Assembly: GCA_040222015.1 (NCBI GenBank)
Contig: JAVJWO010000010.1
Span: forward strand, 14,669-78,668
Source of the DNA: Coleofasciculus chthonoplastes F2-STO-03
Lineage (GTDB): Bacteria > Cyanobacteriota > Cyanobacteriia > Cyanobacteriales > Coleofasciculaceae
DNA: 64,000 bases
Reading direction: 5' to 3'
The position numbers and the translations under genes are program-made. The notes below the pieces were generated by a model that saw only the letters and a program-made list of their open reading frames with translations, did not search any database and was not told the DNA's origin. Positions 31,434-41,818 of the stretch are shown here, in pieces (positions within the stretch are counted from its first letter, which is position 1; each line of letters starts with the position of its first letter).

Positions 31434-32102
31434 TCATTTGAGTTGCCATAGTTGGTCAATGGTCACAAAATTATATCCTTGATCCAGTAGAGTTGGGATT
31501 AAGCTGGCTGTCGTTTGTGTCACATCTTCTCCTCCACAGTAACCATCATGCAAGACCAGGAGTGATCCATTCTGTACTTGCTGTAGGACTCGCCGGACAA
31601 CGACTGAAGTCCCAGGACGTACCCAGTCTTCTGGTACAACACTCCACATCACAGGTCGGTAATGCCATTGGTGTAATAATCTCAGAGTTTGGGGAGTAAA
31701 CAAACCATTCGGGGGGCGAACATCCCGCAGGCGATCGGAGTTCAGTCCACAAGCTTGGGTAATTGTTGCTTGGGTTTTTTCTAAACTTTGCTTGAGCGTA
31801 TCTGGTGTCAGCAAGGGGAAAGAGTGGTGATAATAGCCGTGCAATCCAATCCAATGACCCTGGGCGTAGACCTCACGGGCAACGTTTGGTGCCGATTTGA
31901 CGCAAGTACCTAACCAGAAAAAGCTGGCTTTTATATCGTAGCGTTCTAGAACGTGCAAAAGTTGGGGGGTGTACTGGGGGTGAGGACCATCATCAAACGT
32001 GAGGGCAATGGTTGGTGATTGGGGTGAACCTGACCAAAGGCAATGGGGAAAGGTTGTTTTCAGAATTGGGTACAGCAGGGGATAGAGGGGGGCAAATTGC
32101 AT
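31434..32102 (-). CDS. Polysaccharide deacetylase (NodB-like)
   Basis: ALTFDDGP, HGYYH, RPPNG, LVLHDG; ATG 32102 preferred. Confidence 0.92.
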   Translation of the reverse strand: MQFAPLYPLLYPILKTTFPHCLWSGSPQSPTIALTFDDGPHPQYTPQLLHVLERYDIKASFFWLGTCVKSAPNVAREVYAQGHWIGLHGYYHHSFPLLTPDTLKQSLEKTQATITQACGLNSDRLRDVRPPNGLFTPQTLRLLHQWHYRPVMWSVVPEDWVRPGTSVVVRRVLQQVQNGSLLVLHDGYCGGEDVTQTTASLIPTLLDQGYNFVTIDQLWQLK

Positions 32103-32181
32103 AGGGTAGCAGGGGGAGCAGGGGGAGCCAATGTAGAGACGTGCCATGGCACGTCTGGGAGATGGGAATACAGCCGATTCT

Positions 32182-32242
32182 GTAGGGGCGGGTTTTACCC
32201 ATAACGTTTTGGCACAAACCGATAACTGAACTAAACCCGCCC
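32182..32242. repeat. GTAGGGGCGGGTTT..AAACCCGCCC REP-like inverted pair
   Basis: Further copies at 35273-35337, 43596-43656, 46784-46845, 62691-62857. Confidence 0.85.
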
Positions 32243-32302
32243 TTGTCCGGATTCAGGGGACGCAAAAATTAAGGTCAAAACTCAAAACTCAAAACTCAAC
32301 AC

Positions 32303-32851
32303 TCAACACTCAAAACTTAAGTCATCCAGGGTCAGTTGACCGTCAAAGGCATAGAATGTGATGCGAGAGATATTCGGCGCATTAATCTGTAGCTGGGTAT
32401 TGGGAGGTGTAGATGAATCTGATCCAGCTAAATTGGGTTGAGTCGTCACCTGATCAATAAGCATACCTTGGGAGTCGTAAGCAGACATGATCGTTCGCTG
32501 GGAACTGGTGACGTAGCAGCAGAACCGAGCAATCGGCTGCAAAAATGTTGCTTCTAGCCAACCGCTTTTAGGTGCCGCCATGAGTACAATTGTACCAGAG
32601 CGGGGCGGATAGGCAGGGTTTGATGGCTGTAGAGCGATCGCGTTTTTAAATGTCACTCCAAACTGGTGAAATTGATGCTCTACCACTTCAAAACAGGTTA
32701 ATGCTTCCAAATTAAGGCAGACACTCTTCGGTCTTATCACGAGTAAACTCGACTCATATTCAGCTATATCCCAGCCAGGAGAAGCGATCGCCGCTTGCGA
32801 CTTGATGAAGTTATCATCTATAATTTCCTGTAACTGTAAATTGCATTGCAT
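32303..32851 (-). CDS. Hypothetical protein
   Basis: Intact ORF with globular beta-rich C-terminal part; start uncertain. Confidence 0.65.
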   Translation of the reverse strand: MQCNLQLQEIIDDNFIKSQAAIASPGWDIAEYESSLLVIRPKSVCLNLEALTCFEVVEHQFHQFGVTFKNAIALQPSNPAYPPRSGTIVLMAAPKSGWLEATFLQPIARFCCYVTSSQRTIMSAYDSQGMLIDQVTTQPNLAGSDSSTPPNTQLQINAPNISRITFYAFDGQLTLDDLSFEC

Positions 32852-33393
32852 TGTTATAACAGAGTTTAAACAACAAAAAAATAAATTGATGAGATTGAAC
32901 ACCGGAAAGCTGATAACTCTATAAGCCGAGAAAAAATGTCAAGTTTTCGGTTTCAAGCACTGCTCAAATCTCCTGCTCTCAAAATCACCAGATATCTCCG
33001 TTCTACTTACCAATCACGTCTACAGGCTGGTTATACTCAAATTGAAACTCAGCCGCAATGATGCTCCCTGGAACCGTCTCACTCAAAACTACAAGTGTTT
33101 TTTAGATGATTACTGATATGAGTTTGTACCCTTTTGTGTGTAAACGTCCACTCACATAAAATCCTCCGATGAAATAATAGTGAGAAAAGTTCCCTCAGTT
33201 CAAAACTTATGATTTTAACGCTTTTCTCAAAGATTGACTCACTTTGACAGCAAGCCGGATCTATGAACAAAGAATCTCCGTCTTTGTAGGGCAGAGAGTG
33301 TCAACTAAGATTCCGGGTTAAGGGAATCAACTTAAAGTCAGAGGCTCTCGACCCTAGAATCAGGGATGATAGCAATAGCGATAAGGTTGAGAT

Positions 33394-34314
33394 ATGATTG
33401 AACCCAACGGTTTTAAACAGCACTCCTTAGTGACCTCACTAGGAACAATGACATACTACACGGCTGACGACATGCCGTGGCAAACCCCAGAAACCCCTGA
33501 GCCAGAAGAACGACCAACATTAGTGTTTTTGCATGGCTTTGGGGGCGGGTCATCAGCGTATGAGTGGTCAAAGGTCTATCCAGCATTTGCCAGTGAGTAT
33601 CGAATTTTAGCCCCTGACCTCATCGGTTGGGGTCGTTCAGAGCATCCTGAACGCAATTATCAGATTGATGACTACATCACCACAATTAATGAATTCCTAG
33701 AGCAAACCTGTCCTCAAGGAACACCAGTGATTGCTTCGTCTCTAACCGCCGCTTTGACAATCCGAGCTGCGATCGCACGTCCTGAACTGTTTAAGTCTTT
33801 GATTCTCACCACTCCATCAGGACTCTCTGATTTCGGGGAAGACTACACACGTAGCTTTTTTGCTCAGTTAATCAGCACACCGATTCTGGATCGCATCCTC
33901 TACAGCACTGGCGTCGCCACTGCAGGCGGTATCCGCAGTTTCTTGGAAAGTCGGCAATTTGCTCGTCCCAGCCGAATAACTTCAGAAATCGTGGAGGCTT
34001 ATTTAGCCTCAGCTCAACAACCCAATGCTGAATATGCAGCGCTGTCGTTTGTGCGGGGAGACTTGTGCTTTGACTTATCCCTGTACATTACTCAACTGAC
34101 AACTCCCACAGCAATTATCTGGGGACAAAAATCGGAATTTACCAGCCCAGAAATCGGCAAGCGACTGGCGGATCTCAATCCGAAAGCCGTTCAAGTCTTT
34201 CAAACCCTTGAGGATGTTGGATTGACTCCTCAGCTTGAATTACCAGCCGTCACGATTGGTTTAATCCGAAAGTATTTAAAAATGCTAAAGTCTGAGGACA
34301 GAATTGCAGATTAG
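33394..34314 (+). CDS. Alpha/beta fold hydrolase
   Basis: LVFLHGFGGG, APDLIGWGRS, IIWG; atypical nucleophile elbow IASSLT. Confidence 0.88.
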   Translation: MIEPNGFKQHSLVTSLGTMTYYTADDMPWQTPETPEPEERPTLVFLHGFGGGSSAYEWSKVYPAFASEYRILAPDLIGWGRSEHPERNYQIDDYITTINEFLEQTCPQGTPVIASSLTAALTIRAAIARPELFKSLILTTPSGLSDFGEDYTRSFFAQLISTPILDRILYSTGVATAGGIRSFLESRQFARPSRITSEIVEAYLASAQQPNAEYAALSFVRGDLCFDLSLYITQLTTPTAIIWGQKSEFTSPEIGKRLADLNPKAVQVFQTLEDVGLTPQLELPAVTIGLIRKYLKMLKSEDRIAD

Positions 34315-34404
34315 TCCTTTGTCATTAGTCTTTTGTCATTATCTCCCCCAGCTCCCAGACGTAGCATGAAAAGTCTCTACATGCTCCCTATTCCCTGTTC
34401 CCTT

Positions 34405-34932
34405 TCATTCAACCCTGACATCAATCACGCTAGCGTTGAAATTGTAATCCTTACCCTCTAATTCCACAGGCGTTCCAATTTTAAGCTTGCTATTTCCCAG
34501 AACCGGACCATCATTGGTAATAGTGGCTTGACCACCGAGGGTCATTAGTATATCAGTACTAAATGTGTCTGGTCTGGGATCGGGTAGCGCTTTAGCCGAG
34601 CCATCGGGTTGAGGTACAATAACCAGTCTTGGCAATTCTTGTACCGATATGATGTCTACCTGACCAGAGGGTTGATTGCGAATAACGATATTTGTTTTCT
34701 TTTCTGCTCTAAATTGAGACATCAAATCCTCTGGATTACGCACGCTCAACCCTCGAACAATCAAATCAACTTGAACAGATTTTTCGGCGCTGCTTCCAGG
34801 TATCTGGGCGACGGAACCTGTACCCGGAATGAAAAAGATTCCCACAATCACTAATAAAATGACCAAGGCAGCCCCTAGATCAAGAAGGCTGATTTTACCA
34901 AAAAGACGACCTTTAGAATCTAAAATAGTCAT
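34405..34932 (-). CDS. DUF4330 family membrane-anchored protein
   Basis: MTILDSKGRLFGKISLLD + TM, KIGTPVELE. Confidence 0.8.
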   Translation of the reverse strand: MTILDSKGRLFGKISLLDLGAALVILLVIVGIFFIPGTGSVAQIPGSSAEKSVQVDLIVRGLSVRNPEDLMSQFRAEKKTNIVIRNQPSGQVDIISVQELPRLVIVPQPDGSAKALPDPRPDTFSTDILMTLGGQATITNDGPVLGNSKLKIGTPVELEGKDYNFNASVIDVRVE

Positions 34933-35058
34933 AAATCCTCACGATTAGTATTTTTTAACTCTCGTTTTAACATCAACAGAAGACTCAGTTATGCTGTCCT
35001 GAGTTAAATTACTAGGGCAGCAACAATAGATCAGTATAACCTGTGGAAAGCTTAGGAG

Positions 35059-35200
35059 TTTAAACGCACCCCATCTAAATCAAATATTCTAGATGAGGAT
35101 TCTTATGCTAGGCACAACGGCAGTCTCCAAAGGCTAGTGAGCGTTACTGGCGTCTTCAGCGTGTGGGATGGAATTCTGCCTTCCCACACCCTACAGGGTA
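35059..35200 (-). mobile_element. Decayed IS200/IS605 right-end-like remnant
   Basis: Minus strand AAGAATCCTCATCTA-GAATATTTGATT-TAGATGGGG..; loop resembles that at 42859-42872; extra hairpin GTGTGGGA/TCCCACAC. Confidence 0.4.
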
Positions 35201-35371
35201 AACGCATCTAGATATTTTTGACAAAAGTCGCGAAATGTGTAGTGTAGGCGTATCTTAAGTCATAGATCAATGGTAGGGGCGGGTTTAGCCACTAAATTTC
35301 GATATTCACCAATAACGTAACAACAAAACCCGCCCTATCTCACCCTTATCTATAATTTATCAGCCATTATC

Positions 35372-35560
35372 ATGGAAAATACAGCAGAATATAATTGCGC
35401 CTACTGTGGCGAAGCCAACGTTACGTTTATTGACATTAGCGCCGGCTCTCAGCAATCTTACGTTGAGGATTGTCAGGTGTGCTGTCAGCCGAATATTTTA
35501 TATGTCCGGATTGATGAAGAAACCCTCGACGTGGAAATTGATACGGACGTGGAAAGTTAA
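35372..35560 (+). CDS. CPXCG-motif cysteine-rich small protein
   Basis: CAYCGE..YVEDCQVCCQP. Confidence 0.88.
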   Translation: MENTAEYNCAYCGEANVTFIDISAGSQQSYVEDCQVCCQPNILYVRIDEETLDVEIDTDVES

Positions 35561-35626
35561 CTGGCGCTTTTGTTAATTTCTTTGATGCTGGAGCAGTCTA
35601 AAATCCGTTTGGATTTGTTACATTTG

Positions 35627-36346
35627 CTATTGAACATCACTATTTGTCACCATACTCTTTTTAAGAGTTTCACAAAAACTCAAGAAATTTTGAAACGTTT
35701 CGAGGTGTGTAGAGTCATCTTGTACTCTTTTTTGTAATTGCTCTAAATAATATCTTTCCATGGCATCACCGGGAAATTTTTTAGTATAAGATATGTTTCT
35801 TGCCTCAAAAATTTTTTGTACATATTCCAAATGAAAATCAGCGTGATTTCTCATATTATACTTACCCATTTTTTCAGGATCATACTGAGAAACATCATAA
35901 TAGTTTACATAATCTGATAATGGTGATTCTATTGGTTGTCTTGAATCAAAAATTTTTCTATTTCCTAATAACCAAGTCTCTATACAGCGATTTTGTATAA
36001 TAATTTTAATTTTAGTATCGCCTAAATTTGTATTCTTCCCTTGGATAAGGTTTTCAATATAACTTTCTCTTTCATTTACTGTCTCTTCATCAGCATCCAG
36101 ACAAAGAACTAAATAATCATAATTGTTTGTTTCTTTAATTTTGTCAATTGCATTATCAAGTCCATCATGTAAAATAGCAGGATAACCTTTTCCGCTTATC
36201 AAATAATAATTATTTTTTTGAACTTGGTCATGATATTTAACTTGCATTAATTCAGGAAGAAGATACCCAAGCCATTTGGGGTAAATCTTTTTTTCTGTAC
36301 TATTCCCCTCCACTAAAAAGTAAATATTCATTATTAATATTCTCAA
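35627..36346 (-). CDS. TOPRIM-like protein partnered with ABC ATPase
   Basis: YFLVEG..TE and CLDADE motifs, CIETWLL; overlaps the ATPase stop; AT-rich. Confidence 0.7.
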   Translation of the reverse strand: MRILIMNIYFLVEGNSTEKKIYPKWLGYLLPELMQVKYHDQVQKNNYYLISGKGYPAILHDGLDNAIDKIKETNNYDYLVLCLDADEETVNERESYIENLIQGKNTNLGDTKIKIIIQNRCIETWLLGNRKIFDSRQPIESPLSDYVNYYDVSQYDPEKMGKYNMRNHADFHLEYVQKIFEARNISYTKKFPGDAMERYYLEQLQKRVQDDSTHLETFQNFLSFCETLKKSMVTNSDVQ

Positions 36347-37467
36347 TATTCATCATCCTCAAGGACATTAATTAAATCAATAAAAGCTTTTTGCCTAGAT
36401 TCGGAAATATGAAAATCTTTTGCATTTTTTACAGTTACCAAACTTCCTTGACGAGTCACTATTTTCCAATAAGCAGGACTAATATTATTAATGACATAAG
36501 GATGATGACTGGTAACCATAAATTGTGATCCTTGATTGTCCAAGATCAGATCGGTAACGCTATCAAGACAATTAACACCTAGGCTATTTTCAAATTCATC
36601 AATCAGAATAACACAATTATCAGGAGATAAATATAATTGGCTGATGTACATTAAAGTTTTAAACATTCCAGATGAAATATTTTTAATCCAGTTTTGAACT
36701 CCTTTTTCTTTAATGCTTACAGTAGTCGCTTCCTTCAATAACTGGGATAATGCAATAGGAATATCCTCGTCTTTTAGAGATTCTATTTTTATATCTGCAA
36801 CATTTGGGAAAATTATTACAAAACTTTTCTTGATTTTCTCAAATTCTTTAGGAAATATTCTATAAAGGATAGCTAATTTAATGAGAATAGGCAAGTCACT
36901 TTCCTTTAGAGACAGCAATGAAGACTTTTCGTGTTTCTTAACTATAGATACTGGTAGCAGCATTGTTTTATCAAAACCACGCCCTGAATCAGCTAGTATA
37001 ATTTTATCTAGTTCTTTTTTGACGGGAATGATACTATCTTCTTGTTTTAGTAACTCAATAATACTCTCATAAGGAGATAATTTCGGGGTTTTTTCTCCAT
37101 GGAAAATAATTTTCTCTTGTGTTCTTTTAACAATAGTTTTTTGATTAAAACTTAAAGTTTCACAAATAATTTTAACCTGTTCTTCTTCCGCTGAATCACC
37201 ATCAATAGGTGTTGTGCTTTTTTTTGTTTCAAATTCTCCACTCCAATGATATTCACAATCATCACTGGTCAAAAAACAAACATTCCACCGCACTCCATTC
37301 AAAGACGCACCATTGGCTATCTTTTTCAAGCTGCTTATAGATCTTAATATTCTTGTCTTACCAACACCAGATACACCGACCAGAAGATTAAGATTCTGCA
37401 AAAAATCTACTGGTTCAAGCTTCCATTGGTATTCGTCATCGTAATACTCTAGTTTTTTAATTTTCAT
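36343..37467 (-). CDS. AAA_21/ABC-type ATPase
   Basis: GVSGVGKT, ISSG signature, ILIDEFENSL, TSHHPY; AT-rich. Confidence 0.9.
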   Translation of the reverse strand: MKIKKLEYYDDEYQWKLEPVDFLQNLNLLVGVSGVGKTRILRSISSLKKIANGASLNGVRWNVCFLTSDDCEYHWSGEFETKKSTTPIDGDSAEEEQVKIICETLSFNQKTIVKRTQEKIIFHGEKTPKLSPYESIIELLKQEDSIIPVKKELDKIILADSGRGFDKTMLLPVSIVKKHEKSSLLSLKESDLPILIKLAILYRIFPKEFEKIKKSFVIIFPNVADIKIESLKDEDIPIALSQLLKEATTVSIKEKGVQNWIKNISSGMFKTLMYISQLYLSPDNCVILIDEFENSLGVNCLDSVTDLILDNQGSQFMVTSHHPYVINNISPAYWKIVTRQGSLVTVKNAKDFHISESRQKAFIDLINVLEDDEY

Positions 37468-37554
37468 ATTGATTTATTGTGATCTGTGCGGGACGACCAT
37501 CCTGACCTAAGACCTTGTCCATGCCTTCCAGTCCTACCTCACCCCAACCCCACA

Positions 37555-37732
37555 GAAGCATCAGAGATGGCATCCTAGTATATCCCAATCCCCCAAAATT
37601 ATAGAACTCCGAGTCAGTTTCCAAAGAACTGCCCAGCAAAATTTGTCCGGCTGCGGGGCGGTTACCACAATCAAGATACCACATGCGGGGAATTTCAGAA
37701 CGGCTGTAATGGCTCCTATCCCGCCATTGAAG
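37555..37732 (-). pseudogene. ThiF (E1-like, PRTRC-type) gene fragment
   Basis: WYLDCGN...GQILLGS..GYTRMPS resembles the PRTRC ThiF motif; in-frame stop upstream, no nucleotide-binding N-terminus. Confidence 0.55.
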
Positions 37733-37887
37733 GCGTCAAACCGCACCCCTCATCCTTTATATTTATTAATTTTCCCTGGATGTACGAAAATCACTAACGC
37801 TAGCATAAGGGGTCAACTGCTCCTGAAACGCCAAAACTCAACAGTAGCATTGATTATAGATGCCCCTCATTGGTGAAGGATTTACTC

Positions 37888-40221
37888 ATGGTTATTAATA
37901 CAACGCTGCGCTCTCATAAACCCCTTGGTGGACTATACACCAAAACCGGGGAACACGCTTTGGTTTTTCCTTTGAAGCATACGCAAGTGCTGGCGAAGGT
38001 GGCGGGGAATTTATCCCGCGTCGAAGTAACCCAAACCTTTGAAAATTCCTTCCGGGAACCCTTAGAAGCTATCTATATCTTCCCTCTCCCCGATGCGGCG
38101 GTGGTGGATGAGATGGAGATTAAACTGGGCGATCGCGTGATTAAAGGGGGAATCAAAAAACGGGAAGAGGCGCAGCTAATTTACGAACAAGCCCGCCAAG
38201 AGGGACGAACGGCTGGATTATTAGAACAAGAACGGGATAATATTTTTACTCAATCTTTAGCAAATATTAAACCCGGAGAACGAATTGATGTCACGATTCG
38301 CTATACGGATACGCTGAAATTTAGCGACGGTGAGTGTGAATTTGTTTTCCCGATGGTAGTAGGACCCCGATTTTGTCCAGGGATTCCTATTGATGAGACA
38401 GGGGATAGCGATCGCGTGGCGGATGCGTCACGGATTATGCCTACAATTATCCCACCCAGTACCCGTTCCGGACATGATATTCAAATCACGGTGGAAATTG
38501 ACGCTGGGGTTCCCATTTCCAACATTAATTCCCCCTCGCACCAGATTAGAGTGGAACAGGAGGAAGCAGTGGTGCGCGTACTCCTGGGGGAAGGGGACAC
38601 AATTCCCAACAAAGACCTAATTTTACGCTATCAAGTCTCAGGCGATCGCACTCAGGCGACGGTACTGACGCAATCGGATACACGCGGCGGTCATTTCGCC
38701 CTCTATTTGATTCCGGCGGTGGATTATTCCGATCATGAAATTGTCCCTAAAGATGTGGTTTTTCTCATCGATACATCCGGATCTCAAAAAGGTGATCCGT
38801 TCCGTAAATCTCAGGAACTGATGCGCCGATTTATCCAGGGATTGAATCCCCAGGATACATTTACGATTCTGGATTTTTCTGATATCACGACCCAATTATC
38901 TGCCCAACCTTTAGCCAATACGCCCCAAAATCGAATTAAAGCCCTCACGTATATTAATCAACTCAAGGCAAATGGCGGCACTTATTTACTCAATGGCATT
39001 CGGGCTGTCTTAAATTTCCCCCCTGCCCCCGAAGGACGGTTACGCAGTATTGTATTAATTACTGATGGTTATATTGGGAATGAATCAGAAATTTTGGCAG
39101 AGGTGAAACAGTATCTCAAACCGGGAAATCGTTTATATAGTTTTGGCGTGGGTAGTTCACCGAATCGGTTTCTTTTAAATCGGATGGCTGAATTAGGGCG
39201 AGGAACATCACGAATTGTGCGTCAGGATGAATCAACTCAGGCGGTAACTGAAGAATTTTTACGCCATGTTAATAATCCCGTGTTGACGACTATTAATGTG
39301 GAGTGGCAAGGAGAGGGAGAGGCGATAATTTATCCGACAACTCCCCCCGATTTGTTTACCCAACAACCCTTAGTTTTATTTGGGCGCATTTCTCCAATTC
39401 ATCCGGAACAGACAGGTATCCTGAAAATTACTGGAACCGTTACTGGGGGGAAGCGTTATCAACAGGAATTTTACCTGAGATTTGATTCAGAGGGTAATTG
39501 TGCGATCGCGCAGTTGTGGGGGCGGGCGCGAATCAAGGATCTGATGAATCAAATGTGGCACTGTGAGAAGAAGGCACAGGTTGAGGCAATCATTGAAACA
39601 GCCTTAACCTATCAGATTTTAGCCCCCTATACAGCGTTTGTTGCCGTCAGTGAACAAATCCGAACTGATCCGCACGGAAAAGGAATTTGTGTCTCTGTAC
39701 CCGTTGAGGTGCCAGAAGGGGTATCCTATGAAGGAATCTTCGATCAATCTCCCATGCGTTTCCTCGGACTTAAATTCAGGCGATCGCGAGGCAATTCTGG
39801 TTTGCCACCCTCACTCACGACTAATGGGGCGTCTTCTCCGGTTGTAGGTGATTCCACCCAGCAACCACTCCTTAACTGTACTGATGTTGATATCACTCCT
39901 ACCCCATCTCCCCCGGTTCCGGATGAAACCATTACCAACCTGCAAGTTCTCAGCGTTACCGGATTAGAAAAGTCAAGTGCTACCCTACTCACGCAACACC
40001 TGCAACAGGTGATTGTACCATCAGGATACTGTGGTGAACTTGTCTTTGAGTTTCCGGTGCGTAAGGGGCGTGTGGTGCGGGTATTATGGGATGAGGATGC
40101 CTCTAGCCTCAATGAAGCCGTTGTCATTGATGTAATTAAGCGATCGCTCTTAAGTTGGCGGGTTCCTCAATGGTTAATGGATACGGTGCGTTTAACCTTA
40201 CGAATTCAAACGGACAGTTAA
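37888..40221 (+). CDS. VIT + von Willebrand A domain protein with C-terminal after-VIT-like domain
   Basis: LEAIYIFPLP, AGLLEQER, FLIDTSGSQ MIDAS, LITDGYIGNE, YTAFVAV; ATG 37888 with GAAGGA upstream. Confidence 0.92.
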   Translation: MVINTTLRSHKPLGGLYTKTGEHALVFPLKHTQVLAKVAGNLSRVEVTQTFENSFREPLEAIYIFPLPDAAVVDEMEIKLGDRVIKGGIKKREEAQLIYEQARQEGRTAGLLEQERDNIFTQSLANIKPGERIDVTIRYTDTLKFSDGECEFVFPMVVGPRFCPGIPIDETGDSDRVADASRIMPTIIPPSTRSGHDIQITVEIDAGVPISNINSPSHQIRVEQEEAVVRVLLGEGDTIPNKDLILRYQVSGDRTQATVLTQSDTRGGHFALYLIPAVDYSDHEIVPKDVVFLIDTSGSQKGDPFRKSQELMRRFIQGLNPQDTFTILDFSDITTQLSAQPLANTPQNRIKALTYINQLKANGGTYLLNGIRAVLNFPPAPEGRLRSIVLITDGYIGNESEILAEVKQYLKPGNRLYSFGVGSSPNRFLLNRMAELGRGTSRIVRQDESTQAVTEEFLRHVNNPVLTTINVEWQGEGEAIIYPTTPPDLFTQQPLVLFGRISPIHPEQTGILKITGTVTGGKRYQQEFYLRFDSEGNCAIAQLWGRARIKDLMNQMWHCEKKAQVEAIIETALTYQILAPYTAFVAVSEQIRTDPHGKGICVSVPVEVPEGVSYEGIFDQSPMRFLGLKFRRSRGNSGLPPSLTTNGASSPVVGDSTQQPLLNCTDVDITPTPSPPVPDETITNLQVLSVTGLEKSSATLLTQHLQQVIVPSGYCGELVFEFPVRKGRVVRVLWDEDASSLNEAVVIDVIKRSLLSWRVPQWLMDTVRLTLRIQTDS

Positions 40222-40295
40222 TCCTGTTCCAGACGTAGCACTGACAATTATAAAGTTCGGACTAAAAGCTTGCGTCCGGTTAAAACTGATATCTT

Positions 40296-40435
40296 ATACC
40301 AAATCCGGGTTAGCTACCCCCGTTATAACCCAGTCCGCGCAGGCGGCCTACCCTTCGGGAAGGCTTCGCCTATGTTTGTATAGCAGCGATTTCAATCGCC
40401 TTGGCAAAAGGGGGTAATAAAGGCGGATTTGGTAT
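40296..40435. mobile_element. MITE-like element with ATACCAAATCCG/CGGATTTGGTAT ends
   Basis: 12-bp TIR; colinear sibling at 49705-49824. Confidence 0.75.
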
Positions 40436-40464
40436 TATACCCTTGTCAGTCAGCCTCGACACCC

Positions 40465-40580
40465 GCCAAGAACTCAAGTTCTTGGCTTATAGCTAAAGTC
40501 CACTCAAGTGGACTAAAACTAGAGATGCAGGCGTCTAAAGATGACTTGCACTTTGGGTTCCTTGAGTTTTAACCCAAGGC
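40465..40580. repeat. Four-hairpin repeat element
   Basis: Same hairpin layout and AGCTAAAGTCCA..TGGACTAAAACT core as 54620-54732. Confidence 0.7.
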
Positions 40581-40614
40581 GATGGGTGAGACTGAGATAC
40601 TCCCTGTTACGTCT

Positions 40615-41247
40615 CTAGCCTTTTACCCAAGCGCGAAATGCCTTCATTGTTTTATTTCTGCCCAAACTTCGACATTGGTTGAGATACTGAGGAATCGCCT
40701 CAATGAGTGAAAAATTGGGAAAGTTGGGGCTAACTTCAGACGGACTATACTTTCCTTCTCGTAGCACGTTAATTTGTAACCTTCCTTGTTCAAATCGCCA
40801 CAATTCAGGCACTCCTAAAGCAGCATAGATACTTGGATGTGTGCGAGAGGTGACATCAATTTCTAACGCTAAATCTGGAGGGGGATCGACCGTTAAATCA
40901 ATGCGATCTTTCCCCCGAACCGCTGCTTCGTTTTGAATATAAAAACAGTTATCCGGTTCGATCCCTTTAATCATCGTCTCATTTTTGAATGTCGTTGAAC
41001 CCAAGGTGCAAAATTCAATATCTAATTCTTCCAAAAGTGCTTTGAGTAAATCACTGATGAGTTCTTTCCGACTTTCATGTTCGGGCAACGGTGTCATAAT
41101 TTCCAGAGTTCCATTATCATACGCCACTCTAGCGGCACGAGGTTCGCCTAAATCCGCTAAAATCGTCTCAAATTCCTGCCAGCTTATATTTGAAAGTAAC
41201 ACCCGTTGTCCTGGTGGTACGGTAATTCGATTCAGTTCTAATAACAT
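40615..41247 (-). CDS. Uma2 (DUF820) family endonuclease
   Basis: GTLEIMTP, LGSTTF, IEPDNCFY, PPDLALEID; ATG 41247 has AGGAG upstream. Confidence 0.92.
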   Translation of the reverse strand: MLLELNRITVPPGQRVLLSNISWQEFETILADLGEPRAARVAYDNGTLEIMTPLPEHESRKELISDLLKALLEELDIEFCTLGSTTFKNETMIKGIEPDNCFYIQNEAAVRGKDRIDLTVDPPPDLALEIDVTSRTHPSIYAALGVPELWRFEQGRLQINVLREGKYSPSEVSPNFPNFSLIEAIPQYLNQCRSLGRNKTMKAFRAWVKG

Positions 41248-41507
41248 GGTTGAACTCCTGGGACTATTAAATTCTGTATTTAGTTTTGTAAATAGTATAA
41301 AATGGTCGCATGAAATTGATTTATTTAAACCCGATTTAGCACTCTGTCCATTGGGTAGATATTTGCCATCTTTGTCCTGTTTAGGTTTGTTTTTCCGGGA
41401 CAAGTTTCCTGATTTTCAGTGGGTGCAGTCGTTGATAAAATTTGAAATTCTGTTGGGTTTCCTGGCGTCAACCCAACCTACTGGCTACTGGCGTAGCTCC
41501 CCAGCCT

Positions 41508-41759
41508 TTAGTCTCGCGATGAAGCGGCTTTTGACTCTGCCTCTTCTAACTCGATAATCAAATCAATCAGATGCCTAGCATAACGTAGTGAATCTGTCAA
41601 CCCTCGCTCCGTCACTGGATAGCTATAACGAGCAAAATTTTCATTCGGGTGTTGCCAACGTAACCACAACCGTCTGTCAATCATCTTCGTGCTAATTGAC
41701 CAATCTCGGTAGCGGATTGGTTTGATGGGCAAGCCGGTGTTGGGATTGTCTGAAGTCAC
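41508..41759 (-). CDS. Hypothetical protein
   Basis: 83-aa ORF co-oriented downstream of purQ. Confidence 0.6.
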   Translation of the reverse strand: MTSDNPNTGLPIKPIRYRDWSISTKMIDRRLWLRWQHPNENFARYSYPVTERGLTDSLRYARHLIDLIIELEEAESKAASSRD

Positions 41760-41818
41760 TGGCTTTCTTAGGAGTATTGAATTTAATTTACGATTTCAGA
41801 GAGCATAAAGAAACTTGG

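Noticed and set aside
41248..41403. N-terminal extension of Uma2
   Set aside because: Good RBS at ATG 41247; extension has no family features
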